Below, piece after piece: positions 41,687 to 53,132 of a DNA stretch of 64,000 bases. The translations under genes were made by a program, and so were the position numbers. Where the stretch lies: positions 500,495 through 564,494 of the forward strand of contig JAKMXF010000066.1 of NCBI GenBank assembly GCA_024704765.1, in the 5' to 3' direction. This DNA comes from Oopsacas minuta. Lineage: Eukaryota; Animalia; Porifera. The notes beneath the pieces were generated by a model, which was given only the letters and a program-made list of their open reading frames with translations, had not been told where the DNA came from and did no database searches. Numbering within the stretch: the stretch's first letter is position 1; each line of letters starts with the position of its first letter.

Positions 41687-44188
41687 TCACACATCTGATA
41701 TTACTGGAGGTTTCCTAGGCTTAGGAAGTGACTTTGGAAGCGTAGTATACTCCTTATCCTTAGAATGAGAAAAATTTGAGATTGCCTGTTGAGAGGTGAA
41801 AATGGTGAATTTCGAATCTTTCGAGAACAGATCTTTAACTTGAGCATTTCTGATGGTAAAAACAAAAAAGAATACAACACCAATTGGCCCATTTAGAAAT
41901 ATAAATATCCATTCCATAAGTATAGTGAATGTTGCTTCTCCGATAGCATATCCGCTGATTATATTCACGACAGCAAAGAACCAAGGTAATCCTAATATCG
42001 AGATTAGTATTAGGAATTGGAAGTATATAGCTCTGTACTGGAGATAGAAGGTTTTGGTTGACGATTTCATATTGATTTTGTCTGGTTTAAGTTTCAAACA
42101 TATCCTTATAGTCAGGAATATTAGAGCACTGGAATTAACCACTAAGAGCATCATAATGGGGCCTAACAATCCCCATACCGTGTATGTAGGACTTCTGTTA
42201 GAGAGATAGCAAGTTAAATTCAATAACTGTGAATTGTATGTGATGTAATCTTCAATAATACCATTCGGTATTGTAATACCTAATGTTATTATGCACGGTA
42301 TAACAGGTGTCCCCCACCCTATCAAGAAATATATTATAAAATACTTCACCTCACCGTATACAAGTTCTTCCTTGAAGAATTGTATTAGCACAATGCTAAT
42401 ACAAACACTCCAAGTAAATACTGATATCCAAATATACTGTGTGAAAAGAGATGATATAACACAATAGCGATTATTCAAGACGCTAGTTGGTAGAATGAAA
42501 ATGAAAGTTCCACAAGCAAATGTTAAAGCGACTGCGTAATTGAAGTAAATTAAATTTGGCAGACTACGGAAAAATGGTTTTCCAGCCAGACAGAAGAGGA
42601 GCAGAGAGATGATCAGAGCTAAAAATGAAGCTGATAATAATAGGAAACTAACTATCCTAGAAGCAAGATCTTCTCCTCGATCAGTTTGACGACCAAATCG
42701 TACAATAGCCGCGAAAGATGTTAAATGATTTGTAGCACATACAATCACTTGCTCATTGAAACTTACCAATTCTACTCCTGTTGTATCAATTACAGCTAAA
42801 TCGTTTATGAAGACGCATTGTGGATTTGAAACTAATCCAGGATTTTGGAAATTATGTGGAAAAGTTAGACTAATTCTTTCTATGAAAATGCTTAGGAATG
42901 GTAAATGGAAATTAAGCGATAGGAACTGAGTAGTTTGTGCATTGTTCTGGATAGTTATACTCAAGTCAAATATGATAGAAGAGGCGTAGAATGAAGATAC
43001 ATTGTTTAGTTGTGCAAGTTGATTTAATACTGTAATTGGCACATTAGTTGATGGAGATTGGCTAAATATTATATTTGGTTCTGGTATTGTAATATCAGAT
43101 TGCACAGATAGATTAACATTTGCAATATTTACCTGCACTCTTCCAAAACTTTGGCTTACTTGTCCTGATAAAGAATTTGGTGGTATTATCTGTACGAATT
43201 TATCTATGAAATTTTCTAAGATTAGAATCACAGAGAAAAGCTCTGTAGAAATCTCTTGGTTGGAGTTATCTACTGCTATAAAGTGATCTACCATATTAGA
43301 TGTTAATTCTATCACACTCTTAATTACTTCCTGATTTTGTATTGTGGTAGCGTTAATACCATTTACAATTCTTGCATATTCGTTAACGAGGGTTTGTGTA
43401 GATGAAGTATTCAGTGAAATCATTGCAATCACAGAATCTATATCATCAATTACCTCGCTTGTCTCATTTTCAGAAGTTTCACTTATATCTGTAACTGTTG
43501 GAGTAAATGCAAAACTTGTAGTAGTATTTGAAGCTGTTGGGGTAGATATCGCTGTTGATATTGTATTGGTGAACTGTGTGCTATTAGTAGTATTTGAAGC
43601 TGTTGGGGTAGATATCGCTGTTGATATTGTATTGGTGAACTGTGTGCTATTAGTAGTATTTGAAGCTGTTGGGGTAGATATCGTTGTTGATATTGTATTG
43701 GTGAACTGTGTGCTATTAGTTACATTATCATCTCCATTTATTGATATGATTACTCCTTTTAAATAGCAACATCATAAACAATTCATTCAATAATTTGGTT
43801 TATATTTTCTTAAGAGGATAATGAATTATTGCAGAATGTTGCTACGTACTAGTATTTGGGGCTGGAATTGATTGGTTGTAAATTAACAAATATTGCTATT
43901 AATAAGCTGGAACATTTGTGTGTATTGGTGTTTGTGAGCTTTCATGAAAATATAAATTTACAAATACGTGTTGTCCTTGCCAACAAATATTCTGTATTTA
44001 TTGTATAGTATTCAAATTTAATTATTCATATGGGACCATTCAACGTGACGCTACAAGGGTACGGGGTCAAGTTCAATCTACATTTTCGTTACGTGACGTT
44101 TGAACGGCTCCCTATTACGAATATTCTCACCTGATAGTTGGAGAATTACTCCAATAACAACTGATAGTAGAACAATATTGTACTTCAT
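41687..44188 (-). CDS. Adhesion GPCR (signal peptide, mucin-like stalk, GAIN/GPS, 7TM), 2 exons: 44188-44131 and 43755-41687
   Basis: Exon 1 MKYNIVLLSVVIGVILQLS with phase-1 GTGAGA donor. The frame of the 581-aa track ORF stays open upstream to the acceptor at 43756. GPS CATNHL|TSF; family-B TM motifs (GWGTP, GLPWFF, NGPIGVVFFFVF). Confidence 0.85.
43520..43720 (-). repeat. 66-bp x3 coding tandem repeat (22-aa Ser/Thr-rich units) in the aGPCR stalk
   Basis: Units at 43520, 43586 and 43652 with one visible substitution; encode NSTQFTNTISTAISTPTASNTT. Confidence 0.92.
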
Positions 44189-44799
44189 TTTAGTATTTTG
44201 CAGTAAGTCTCTTCGTATTTATCCTATTTAAAGGAACTCTAACTAACCACTAAAATAGTTAGGTAAGGAATTGCTAGCCAAATTCTCATTATGATTTGCT
44301 GTTTATCTTACATTTTCAACATTTTGACTACCAGCTTCCTTTTATACCATTGATAATAATTATTGGTTAGTTATAATCACTTCCTTCTTTGTGAAAACCC
44401 ACGCTTACAAATTTGTAAGTTCTGTGTAGACATAAATTGTGATGTATCTTGTTGTTTACTAGAGCTAACGACACTCGCTAATTATACTTTACAACAACAG
44501 AAAGTGATATATCTATTTACTCCTTCTTGTTGAGTGCAATACTCACTGGACATGAGTAATATATGTGTGTCCTTGTGATTGTTTGCAGGAGATAACGGGA
44601 CTCTAAATAGCCTAATTATTTTATCAACAGCTTGTTTTCAAAGATTATTCTGTCACTTATTGTCTGAGTCACGAATCCTCTCAATACGTAATTCTAATAT
44701 CCACAGTTCTATTTGCAATGCTTCTATGTAGATTCAATCTATTGGTATAGTTATTGTATAGAACTTCTATTTTGTTATTAGAATTGTAAACTAGCTGTA

Positions 44800-45333
44800 A
44801 TGCCTGCTTATCATTCCAAATTCAATGACACTTCTTCTCGATGTATCGGGAACATGGCTCTACTCCCCCTCAACACCACGATGAAGGGACCAGCCCCAAA
44901 GGGTAACGGAGAGGAAGATATCATTGATGAAGCTATATACTTCTTCAAAGCTAATATATTCTTCAAAACCTATGAAATCAAGGGATCCAGTGATCGTGTC
45001 CTGATCTACCTAACTCTATACATAACTGAGTGTATAAAGAAGCTAGCTAAATCGACTGATAAAAACGATGGTAATAAACAGATGTACCAGCTCGCTATTT
45101 CTACATTTGACATACCAGGAGATCCGAAATTCCCTCTAAATGCTATGTATAGGAAACCGCAGGATAGAGCAGAGGCCGATCTGATGAAGAACTACTTCAT
45201 CCAGCTGAGACAGGAAACAGGTAATAGGGTGCTCGAGAAGGTGTTTGAAGGGAGTGAGAAGCCTAGCAAGTGGTGGACATGTTTCGCTAAGCGTAAATTC
45301 ATGGACAAGAGCTTGTCTTCTCCCGGACAGTAA
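44800..45333 (+). CDS. ARPC3: Arp2/3 complex subunit 3 (p21-Arc), intronless
   Basis: MPAYHS start; [32 protein letters not shown]; LRQETG.R; [22 protein letters not shown]. Confidence 0.97.
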   Translation: MPAYHSKFNDTSSRCIGNMALLPLNTTMKGPAPKGNGEEDIIDEAIYFFKANIFFKTYEIKGSSDRVLIYLTLYITECIKKLAKSTDKNDGNKQMYQLAISTFDIPGDPKFPLNAMYRKPQDRAEADLMKNYFIQLRQETGNRVLEKVFEGSEKPSKWWTCFAKRKFMDKSLSSPGQ

Positions 45334-45656
45334 CGAGTGTGTGTGTTTGATAGCTATAATTGGTATTGTCTCATTTGTGTATAGAGAATCTATTTGGTGT
45401 GTATTTATACTGTATTTGTTTGATTGAGTTAGTTATTTCCTAATACTTAAAATCATGAATTAAGATGTTAGTAGGGTCCCTATGTCAGCATGCTACACCG
45501 TTTTCCCGTTACTACCTTTTGTGGAAGTTCATTTGTATGGGATTAGGAATTCGCTCTGTTCTTTACTACTTTTCCAGAATTTCCTCCCATTGGTGGAGGT
45601 TTCACTGTAGTGTGTACATCTATTGATTACGTAATTGCTAACACGTTATTAGCACT

Positions 45657-46112
45657 ATGACTTCAAATTCCAATGCACTGACTACGTTACCACCGCAACC
45701 CGACACCTCAACAGAACCTACACTAAATAATGCTAACATGTTCTTCAATCTAACTCAACTGGGACTACTTGACCCTATAAAATCCGTGATAAAGCCAGAT
45801 TCACAGACACAACCCTCATGTCTCGCCCACACCCTCTCTCCCAAACCTCTACCTGATCATAACGGTTCCTATAGGAAATATGTAGATATCATGAGGAAAC
45901 ATCAACGTAATGCTAAAGGTCCTAACGAGCTATATTCCCACACTATAACCAGCTCACAGGCATACGGTAGATGGATACTAGAATATCCTAAAAGTTCCTC
46001 TCCTGACGATTCGTGGATTATCAACCCGAGGAGATTTCATCATAGAAACAGCGAGATGACACGGTATGTGGATGATATGGCTCTCACTAATAAGGAATTC
46101 AGGCTATATTAA
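45657..46112 (+). CDS. SPMIP11: SPMIP11/TEX49-like ciliary microtubule inner protein
   Basis: FFNLTQLG, HNGSY.KY, ITSSQAYGRW, WI..PR and SEMTRYVD...L.NKEF.LY resemble TEX49 as I recall it (FFNLYLLG ... SAMTRFMD ... FSLY). Confidence 0.65.
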   Translation: MTSNSNALTTLPPQPDTSTEPTLNNANMFFNLTQLGLLDPIKSVIKPDSQTQPSCLAHTLSPKPLPDHNGSYRKYVDIMRKHQRNAKGPNELYSHTITSSQAYGRWILEYPKSSSPDDSWIINPRRFHHRNSEMTRYVDDMALTNKEFRLY

Positions 46113-46668
46113 TTCTCATATCTGTGTAATTGTATTCTTAATATGTACAGTGTGTACTCGTCTTGAACATCTTATATCTAACATTATGTATTGAAGGTTT
46201 CATTTAACGACTGTATAGATACGGGAGGGAGATATGTTATGTTAGTAACGATAATGTGGCTTATCTGTAATGTTATACCCCCGGCAACATTTGTGTAATT
46301 CTAACCAGCTGTTTGACATTCCTATTCCGTTACTTGCTGCTTATAGTTCTGGTTACAGGAATACTATGTGAAACATTGTGATTACCCCATTCTAGATATG
46401 TCTTATGTGCTTAATACATTTGATCTTCGTTATCTTGAACCCATAGTGGACATCTATAGTGTTCGAGATAGCGAATGTTAGAGATAACGGATGGTCCCAA
46501 TCATATCTGAGTATGTATGTCTTGTTTAGAAGCGTCTAAAATATCCCGAATCATGTCCAACTCGGATAATTATTAATTTATAACTATCAAATAATTATAT
46601 TCAACTTTTATTATATTGTTTTGCATTGAAAAGTATAGTACACATAACCGATCAATAAGTATATATAA

Positions 46669-47919
46669 ATGTCACTTACAGATACTTCTAATCACTACCA
46701 CAAGAGATTCCTCCCACCCAAGAATCTAAACACAACATTTGACTATTCTCACACAAGTTTGCCACAAGATAATGACCTAATCGAGAGAAGTGAGATTCCT
46801 TTAGACGAATTATCATTTGGTAAATTTTTATTCAGATCATCAGAAGGTTATAACATATCACTTCGCTATAGTCAATGTATTGGACTATGTATCTGGGTAG
46901 ATATTAATAAATCCATGATTTGCTATATATCTGTCCCTAACACAGGAATAAAAGCAGTCAATTTACAAATTAGTAGTAATGTCCCTGGTTCCCTTACATC
47001 AATGCATACATCACTCTTATTAGAAGCATGTCAGCCTCTTAATATAACAGCATTTCCACATATGTCTTCCAGAGCACGTACTAGTCATAAACTATTACCA
47101 AATAAGAATTTCTATATCCTTAAGATTCGATCTGATCTCAAATACGCTGGTGATATACATAAAATTTTAGTTGGGCTAAAAGGCCCTGATAATGTAGAGC
47201 AAAAGAAGAGTTCTTTGTTCCAAGAAGGCCTTCCTTATTGGGCTGCTTATATCCCATCGTATGCTTACTCTTTCCAACTCAGGACCTTGTTACAACTTAT
47301 CATAGCTATATACACATATTTTAATATAATACTAGCTGTATGGCAGTTATACAGGCATGTAGATCTTATACACGATAGTATACGTCCATTTGTTGAACTG
47401 TTTGATTATTACCTACAGCATACTGCAGTGCGTATTAAATACGTGTTCAATTTGTTTGCTCAATTCTGGTGGGATGTTTTGAAGCCAATTCTATTGCTGT
47501 ATTATAATTATGAAGTATTTATCAGGATTTTTGCCATATTTAAGCCTTTATTTCTACATTTTGATATCGCTATATCTTGCTTTTATTGTATTGGGAAGAT
47601 TCTATTTGAAATACTCAACCCTATTTGGTATGTATTCACTCCGGTATTAAGATTATTACTGGTCATTGGTGGTCAATTTTGGAATCTAAAAATTATACTT
47701 TTCCCATTCAAAAGTATACTGTCTTTTATATGGCAGACACTACGTGTATTTAACACATATTCACCGACTATTGAGATTGTTGTACGTAACTCAATGCGTT
47801 CTCTATTCATGAATTCTATTAAAACTATATTTCTGGGGATTTTCTATGCGTTTCAGAGAGTATGGTATTCGTTCAGGGAGAAATTTGATCAGAGAGAGAA
47901 TGCGAAGAAACAATTATAG
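46669..47919 (+). CDS. Uncharacterised protein with hydrophobic/amphipathic C-terminal half
   Basis: 416-aa intronless ORF; several aromatic-rich hydrophobic helices punctuated by Pro; family not recognised. Confidence 0.65.
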   Translation: MSLTDTSNHYHKRFLPPKNLNTTFDYSHTSLPQDNDLIERSEIPLDELSFGKFLFRSSEGYNISLRYSQCIGLCIWVDINKSMICYISVPNTGIKAVNLQISSNVPGSLTSMHTSLLLEACQPLNITAFPHMSSRARTSHKLLPNKNFYILKIRSDLKYAGDIHKILVGLKGPDNVEQKKSSLFQEGLPYWAAYIPSYAYSFQLRTLLQLIIAIYTYFNIILAVWQLYRHVDLIHDSIRPFVELFDYYLQHTAVRIKYVFNLFAQFWWDVLKPILLLYYNYEVFIRIFAIFKPLFLHFDIAISCFYCIGKILFEILNPIWYVFTPVLRLLLVIGGQFWNLKIILFPFKSILSFIWQTLRVFNTYSPTIEIVVRNSMRSLFMNSIKTIFLGIFYAFQRVWYSFREKFDQRENAKKQL

Positions 47920-48701
47920 TACAAGAACTAAGAACTTTATGACAACTGCAAACTTTTGGTTATAATCATATTTGTATTTTTTCGGATTATCTGCTTGCTG
48001 TGTAACTTATTTGTATCAATTAGTATTGATTTTATTTTTATTTTGGAAATAATTGGAGTTCCCCTATTTATTTGAATGGTATTATTTGCTTAGTATTAGC
48101 CATGTATAGTATTTTCAAAACAGCTCTCTTATACGTATGTATGTCAGTGCAATGATCCCATTCCTGCTAGCAAGAATTTGAAATCAAATCCTATTCCAAG
48201 AATAAAAGTGAATTTTCTATAATCCGAATAATAACCTTTCTTCCCTTGTATGACATTACATGGTACAAAGCTCTCCGCTAGAAACGACCACAGATATATG
48301 AAATATATTTTTTATATAGTGTTATATATCAATTATTTATACATATATCAATAGATGGAATGTACCCAACACAGATCTAACAACTGGTTCAATATTCAGC
48401 TGTGCTTACTGTGTGGTTATTAAGTCTACAATATATAGCCAGTCATAATTAGACTAATTACCTTATTAACACACACTATACTATGGAACTAAACTATTTT
48501 GTATTTTCATTTTCTCTATTTTGTAAATACAGTGGACTCTTAATTCACAGGAAATTCCAATAGGGGATGATATGATATTTAAGTTTTGGGGTATAATTCC
48601 CGTGAAAGTAAATATTAAAATTATTGACACCTTTTTAATGTGTATAAAACAGTGAACAAACAAATAGAATGAGCTTTTTGACAGAATAATTCAGTTCGTA
48701 C

Positions 48702-49169
48702 TTAAAAACTGCTGATTTCTTTTTTGGTTACATATTGAGTTGAATTGATAGTGAAAAGTGTGATGTCATCTTCGACTGAGAGGATCTTCACGAATTCAAA
48801 GAAGTCGATTTGATTGTCTCCGTTCATATCGGCCTCATCAATCATTTCGTCAATGACTTCATCTGATAAATTCTCCCCCAGACTCAGCATCACTGACCTT
48901 AATTCTTCCGGTGTAATATAACCGTTACCATCTTTATCAAACAGTTGGAACATGTCATATATTGCTTTACCTTCATTCACTTTTCGTACTTTTTCAATCA
49001 TTATCTGTATGAGCTCGTTGAATTCCATCTCTGTATACCCTTCTACTTCGTATTCTTCTATTATAGCCATTATTTCGAATTCACTCGTCTCTATTCCCAT
49101 TCCTATAAGAAAGTTAGCTATCTCTTCTATTTGTTCGAATTTAACATCTGCAAATGCTATGTTAGACAT
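48702..49169 (-). CDS. Calmodulin-like EF-hand protein (degenerate N-lobe, canonical C-lobe)
   Basis: FDKDGNGYITPEEL and ADMNGDNQIDFFEF loops; N-lobe loops non-canonical. Confidence 0.85.
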   Translation of the reverse strand: MSNIAFADVKFEQIEEIANFLIGMGIETSEFEIMAIIEEYEVEGYTEMEFNELIQIMIEKVRKVNEGKAIYDMFQLFDKDGNGYITPEELRSVMLSLGENLSDEVIDEMIDEADMNGDNQIDFFEFVKILSVEDDITLFTINSTQYVTKKEISSF

Positions 49170-50546
49170 TTTCGTGTGTGTTGAAGAATAGTGCCGCGTT
49201 AGAATACAGCCTTTCGATTTTGAAGCCTTTTATACTTTTCTTACTTTGCTTTCGCCAACTGGCCTTTGTTACTACTGAGTAGTTAGTTAAAATAGACAAA
49301 TTGTTGAAAGTTTCATAAATACTTTACGTTGCACTCACACCAATGTATTTTCAGTTTTGTATTTTTCTACTTACAATAAATGCATCGTCAATTTTATCAA
49401 GTTTCAACATATGAAACAATCACAAACAACTTACTCAGTACCATACTGGATTAATTTGTAATTGGAAGGGAAGTTATATGAATGAAGTTTTCTCGTATTA
49501 TGGCCAAGCAGTAGAATTCAAATATGACATACCTCTTCAGGAATACATTGAATGGTAACTAATTTTTTGAGATTCAAGAAATAGTACGTCTTATCCCGAG
49601 CATGTCTTATCCGAGTTCTACTGTATTTTTTCTATTTCGTTTGTATTAGTAGTTCAGGTGATGTGCTGTACAAACATCTTACTACAATTTGATAGCTATA
49701 CACGGCTATTTTCTGGATATACGATTATTGTTGGGGTCGAATTGTATATATTTTGTTCAATATATACTCTGAATTCATATGACACTATTTATTATCCAAT
49801 TTATTAGGAATACCGTGATAACCTAATTCAACATAAGCTATGCTGTTATAGATTATCTTTAACGGACAATGTCTATGAATAACAAAGATATTAAGCTATT
49901 CATCATTCATCCTTATTTGTAGTCACAACGGTCAAAATTCGAATTTGATCCTTCTAAAACTTAACTACTTAATCATTGATTAATTTGGCCTATTGTCTGT
50001 AAATTCCCTTAGAATGGTTATCTGTGTGTGGTGTATTATGTATGGCTTAACTTGGCTTATTGTCATTTGTGAGCCTTGAATCTCACAAACAAATTGTAAA
50101 ATTTGTCCAATACAATTTTTCTTTGGAAGCTATACCAGTTCTCTAGGACCTTTCCAGATGACTTAAAAGTTAGATACAGTTCTGCATTATAATTATTGAA
50201 CATCATCAGTTCCATATTACACCAACATGGTCTAGTAATAAATATTATCACTGAACTACATATTATGTATCGAATAGAACTCATGCAAATTGTCATATTA
50301 TATGGAACTAATATTATACTTGAAACTTTATATGTTTATTGCCTCCTTCGGAACTTCAGAATTTGCTATATTTCTAGAAAATGTGTGATATTATGTCCAT
50401 AATAGTTGTATTCATATTTATGTCTTCAAACCACTACAGGCAAATCTTAGTTTATTATCTTATGATAGCTTATTTTATTCAACGCAATCTAGTTGACTCC
50501 TATTTTGGGAAGTTTATGGCATTGCAATTAGTCCTAGCTATTTGAT

Positions 50547-53001
50547 ATGGTAGAAGATACAGAGGAAGATATTTATGGATTTCTACATACAAAGTGGAGT
50601 TACACAAAAATCGAGAAAGCTAAATTAGATATTTCTCTAAGAAAAACAAAAAAATTCTCTTTACAAGAAACAGTGAGATTGACTTCTAATATTAAGCATT
50701 ATTTGGATTTGAATAACCTAAGTTACCCTGAAGATATAAAGCACTTCATAGATCCTCGTAAAAGACTGAGAAATGCCAATTTCTATAGAAGTATATCAAA
50801 TGGTAAGAAGGCATTTATAGCTTGCTCTAATATATACAGACAACTTCCGTTATATTGAAGCTCAAGGGACAGTGATAATTGCTTCGATAAAAGCGGAGTT
50901 CGATATAACCAATGAATTATATACTATTTTCAAGGTTTGGAACATATTTGTACAATTTAGCACTTCGATATATCCGTATTCTATCGGAGGGAGTTGACTG
51001 TACTTATATTATCAGTTTATCGTACCATTTCATTAGGTATATGTCGTACTCTATACAGTATTTACAGACATGTACACAGACACTACAGCTATTTACTGTA
51101 TCAGCGAGGCAGTTGGGATAGAGAGGAAGAGATTAAACTGCTGGAACTTCTCAAGGCGCATAAAGGAAATTGGAATGCTATAGGAGAGAGCTTAGGACGT
51201 AGTAGAATAGATTGTATTGATAAGGTTTCTTCTTCTTCCCTTGGATGTGGTACTGTTGGAAAGTGGGGACCTGTAGAGACCGGGAGACTCATGGAATCTG
51301 TGTGTTATCAGTTAAGAGAGAAAGGTATGTTACACTATAGTGGAGTTCGCCTATCACCAAGTTGTATTTGCACGAATTTCCTTTACTAATACAGTAGGTC
51401 CTCTCTAATTGTCCGCTTCGGAGTTCGGGAACACTACTGTACACATTATGTACAGAGAAATATTAAAATAATCCTCCAGTGAGCGCAATGCTTTGAGTCA
51501 GCGAAAACTGATTTCTACTGCAATATCCTTTCATATGATCACTACGTACACTATTTAAGCTATAGAATATGGAAGTAAACATTTTTCTATAATAATAAGT
51601 AATACAGAGATTACATGAATAATGTAATGCCATTGTATTCGCTGTATTTCTAATTGACAACTCTAAATAAGATATTTCATTGAAATTAGTCACAGTTTGT
51701 GAGTTGAAACCCTTATTCAGCTGATATGAACTGATATTTGTGTCTAAGAACTGAACTAGCCTGACTTACCTGATCCAGTGATTTAGCCATCCAACGCGAT
51801 TTTCCTATTTTTCCTAAGATTATTAGAAATACACTTATCTATGCAGTACACATAAGGATGTGTGTAAAATGCTTATACAGTGTATCTTGTCTATCATGTG
51901 GGCTAACTGATAATAAAATTCCTAGTATTATTGTTAATTTCAAATAAATTAAGTAAGATCTACTCCAGTTATATCAAACATCAAGGGACCGCGATAAATT
52001 ACCGATATAACCAATGAAACTTATGTTACCCTGAAGGTTTGGGTCATATTTATACAATATAAGTCGAGATATCCGTGTTTGATATAACAGGAGTTGTATC
52101 TGGCAATCGTATAGGGATTGAGGGTAAGCTAGAAGAACCAGTACTAATAGAAAACAAAGAAAAAGAGGTAACTATTTCTTCTCAGATCAACTGGAACCTA
52201 ACTTCCACACACGTGGGTACTCGTACCAGACACCAATGCCTCTCTAAATGGGCTAATTCTCTCTCCACTGATGTTGATAACCCCACTAAAATATGGGTAA
52301 CTACTGATGATATTACACTGATAGAGATTATATTGAGTATGAAAATTAGAGATGAATATAATGTTAACTGGTTAGAAGTGTTAAAACAAGGGAAATGGAA
52401 AGGTTAGTTATAATTTATTTTGCTTGAATTTGCTACGAATTAGCATACTCAGCTGTTTTATATTTATTTGCTTACTAACTTGAAAGTATCATTGATTTTC
52501 TAATTATCACATTGTAAACTTTAATTCCCTATTCCAATATTGTTTTTGTCTCGTATGTGTGCAAATTGGACATTATTCTGGTAAATTTACATTCACATAC
52601 AGTGAGATCTCGGGACTCCCGGCTTCATTTAGTCATAAGCGGAATTTTGCTTGAACTTTCAAGCTCTAGGGAGTAAAAAATCACTTCGTTATGATGGGAG
52701 TTTGTTATTTCCGACTTCGTTATGACAGAAGTTTACGGTATTTCCCACAGGTCGCACATCTTCCTGGATACAATCAAAATGGAGTAGACTAGTTCACTGT
52801 ATCCCTGGTTATAAAGTGAAATATTTCTATCAGAAATGTGCATTCCTGAGACAATACACTCTACCAGCTCTCAAGAAATCTCTGGAGAGGTTTCAACACA
52901 ATGATATTACAGATACTATATGTACTCAGGAAGATTTACTCAGTAGTAATAGAGGCTCACAAGATATTAATTGTACAGATTCTATTAATGATCCTACTTG
53001 A
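50547..53001 (+). CDS. TTF1/DMTF1 (Reb1-like) Myb-repeat protein, 4 exons (50547-50803, 51037-51325, about 52115-52402, 52751-53001)
   Basis: KFSLQET..L..NI; GSWDREEEIKLL..HKGNW.AIG..LGRS; GKWGPVET; INW..TS.HVGTRT..QCLSKW; spliced phases consistent. Confidence 0.8.
50837..51000. mobile_element. MITE family A
   Basis: TA-CAGACAACTTCCGTTATATTGAAG ... GGGAGTTGACTG-TA; intron 1 of the Myb gene. Confidence 0.85.
51956..52102. mobile_element. MITE family A (degenerate ends)
   Basis: ACTCCAGTTATATC..AAGGGACCGCGATAA ... GATATAACAGGAGTTG; intron 2 of the Myb gene. Confidence 0.75.
52600..52738. mobile_element. MITE family A'-like
   Basis: TA-CAGTGAGATCTCG ... TTCGTTATGACAGAAGTTTACGG-TA; intronic. 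Confidence 0.55.
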
Positions 53002-53132
53002 AATACATTTCTTTATATGTTTAAACCAGGGATTGTTTTATAAATTTATAAACTTATCACATTAGAAATTAATGGAACTTTTAACATCACAAATCAGTTT
53101 ATATTAGAATATAATCATTACACAGTGAGTGA

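Noticed and set aside
48140-48663. Coding-looking minus-strand fragments (e.g. YLWSFLAESFVPCNVIQGKKGYYSDYRKFTFILGIG)
   Set aside because: Interrupted by stops with no consistent splice model; possibly a decayed gene but not supportable.
51463-51800. Possible nested minus-strand gene in the Myb gene intron (donor-like CAG|GTAAGT near 51770)
   Set aside because: I could not assemble a phase-consistent multi-exon ORF or find recognisable motifs.
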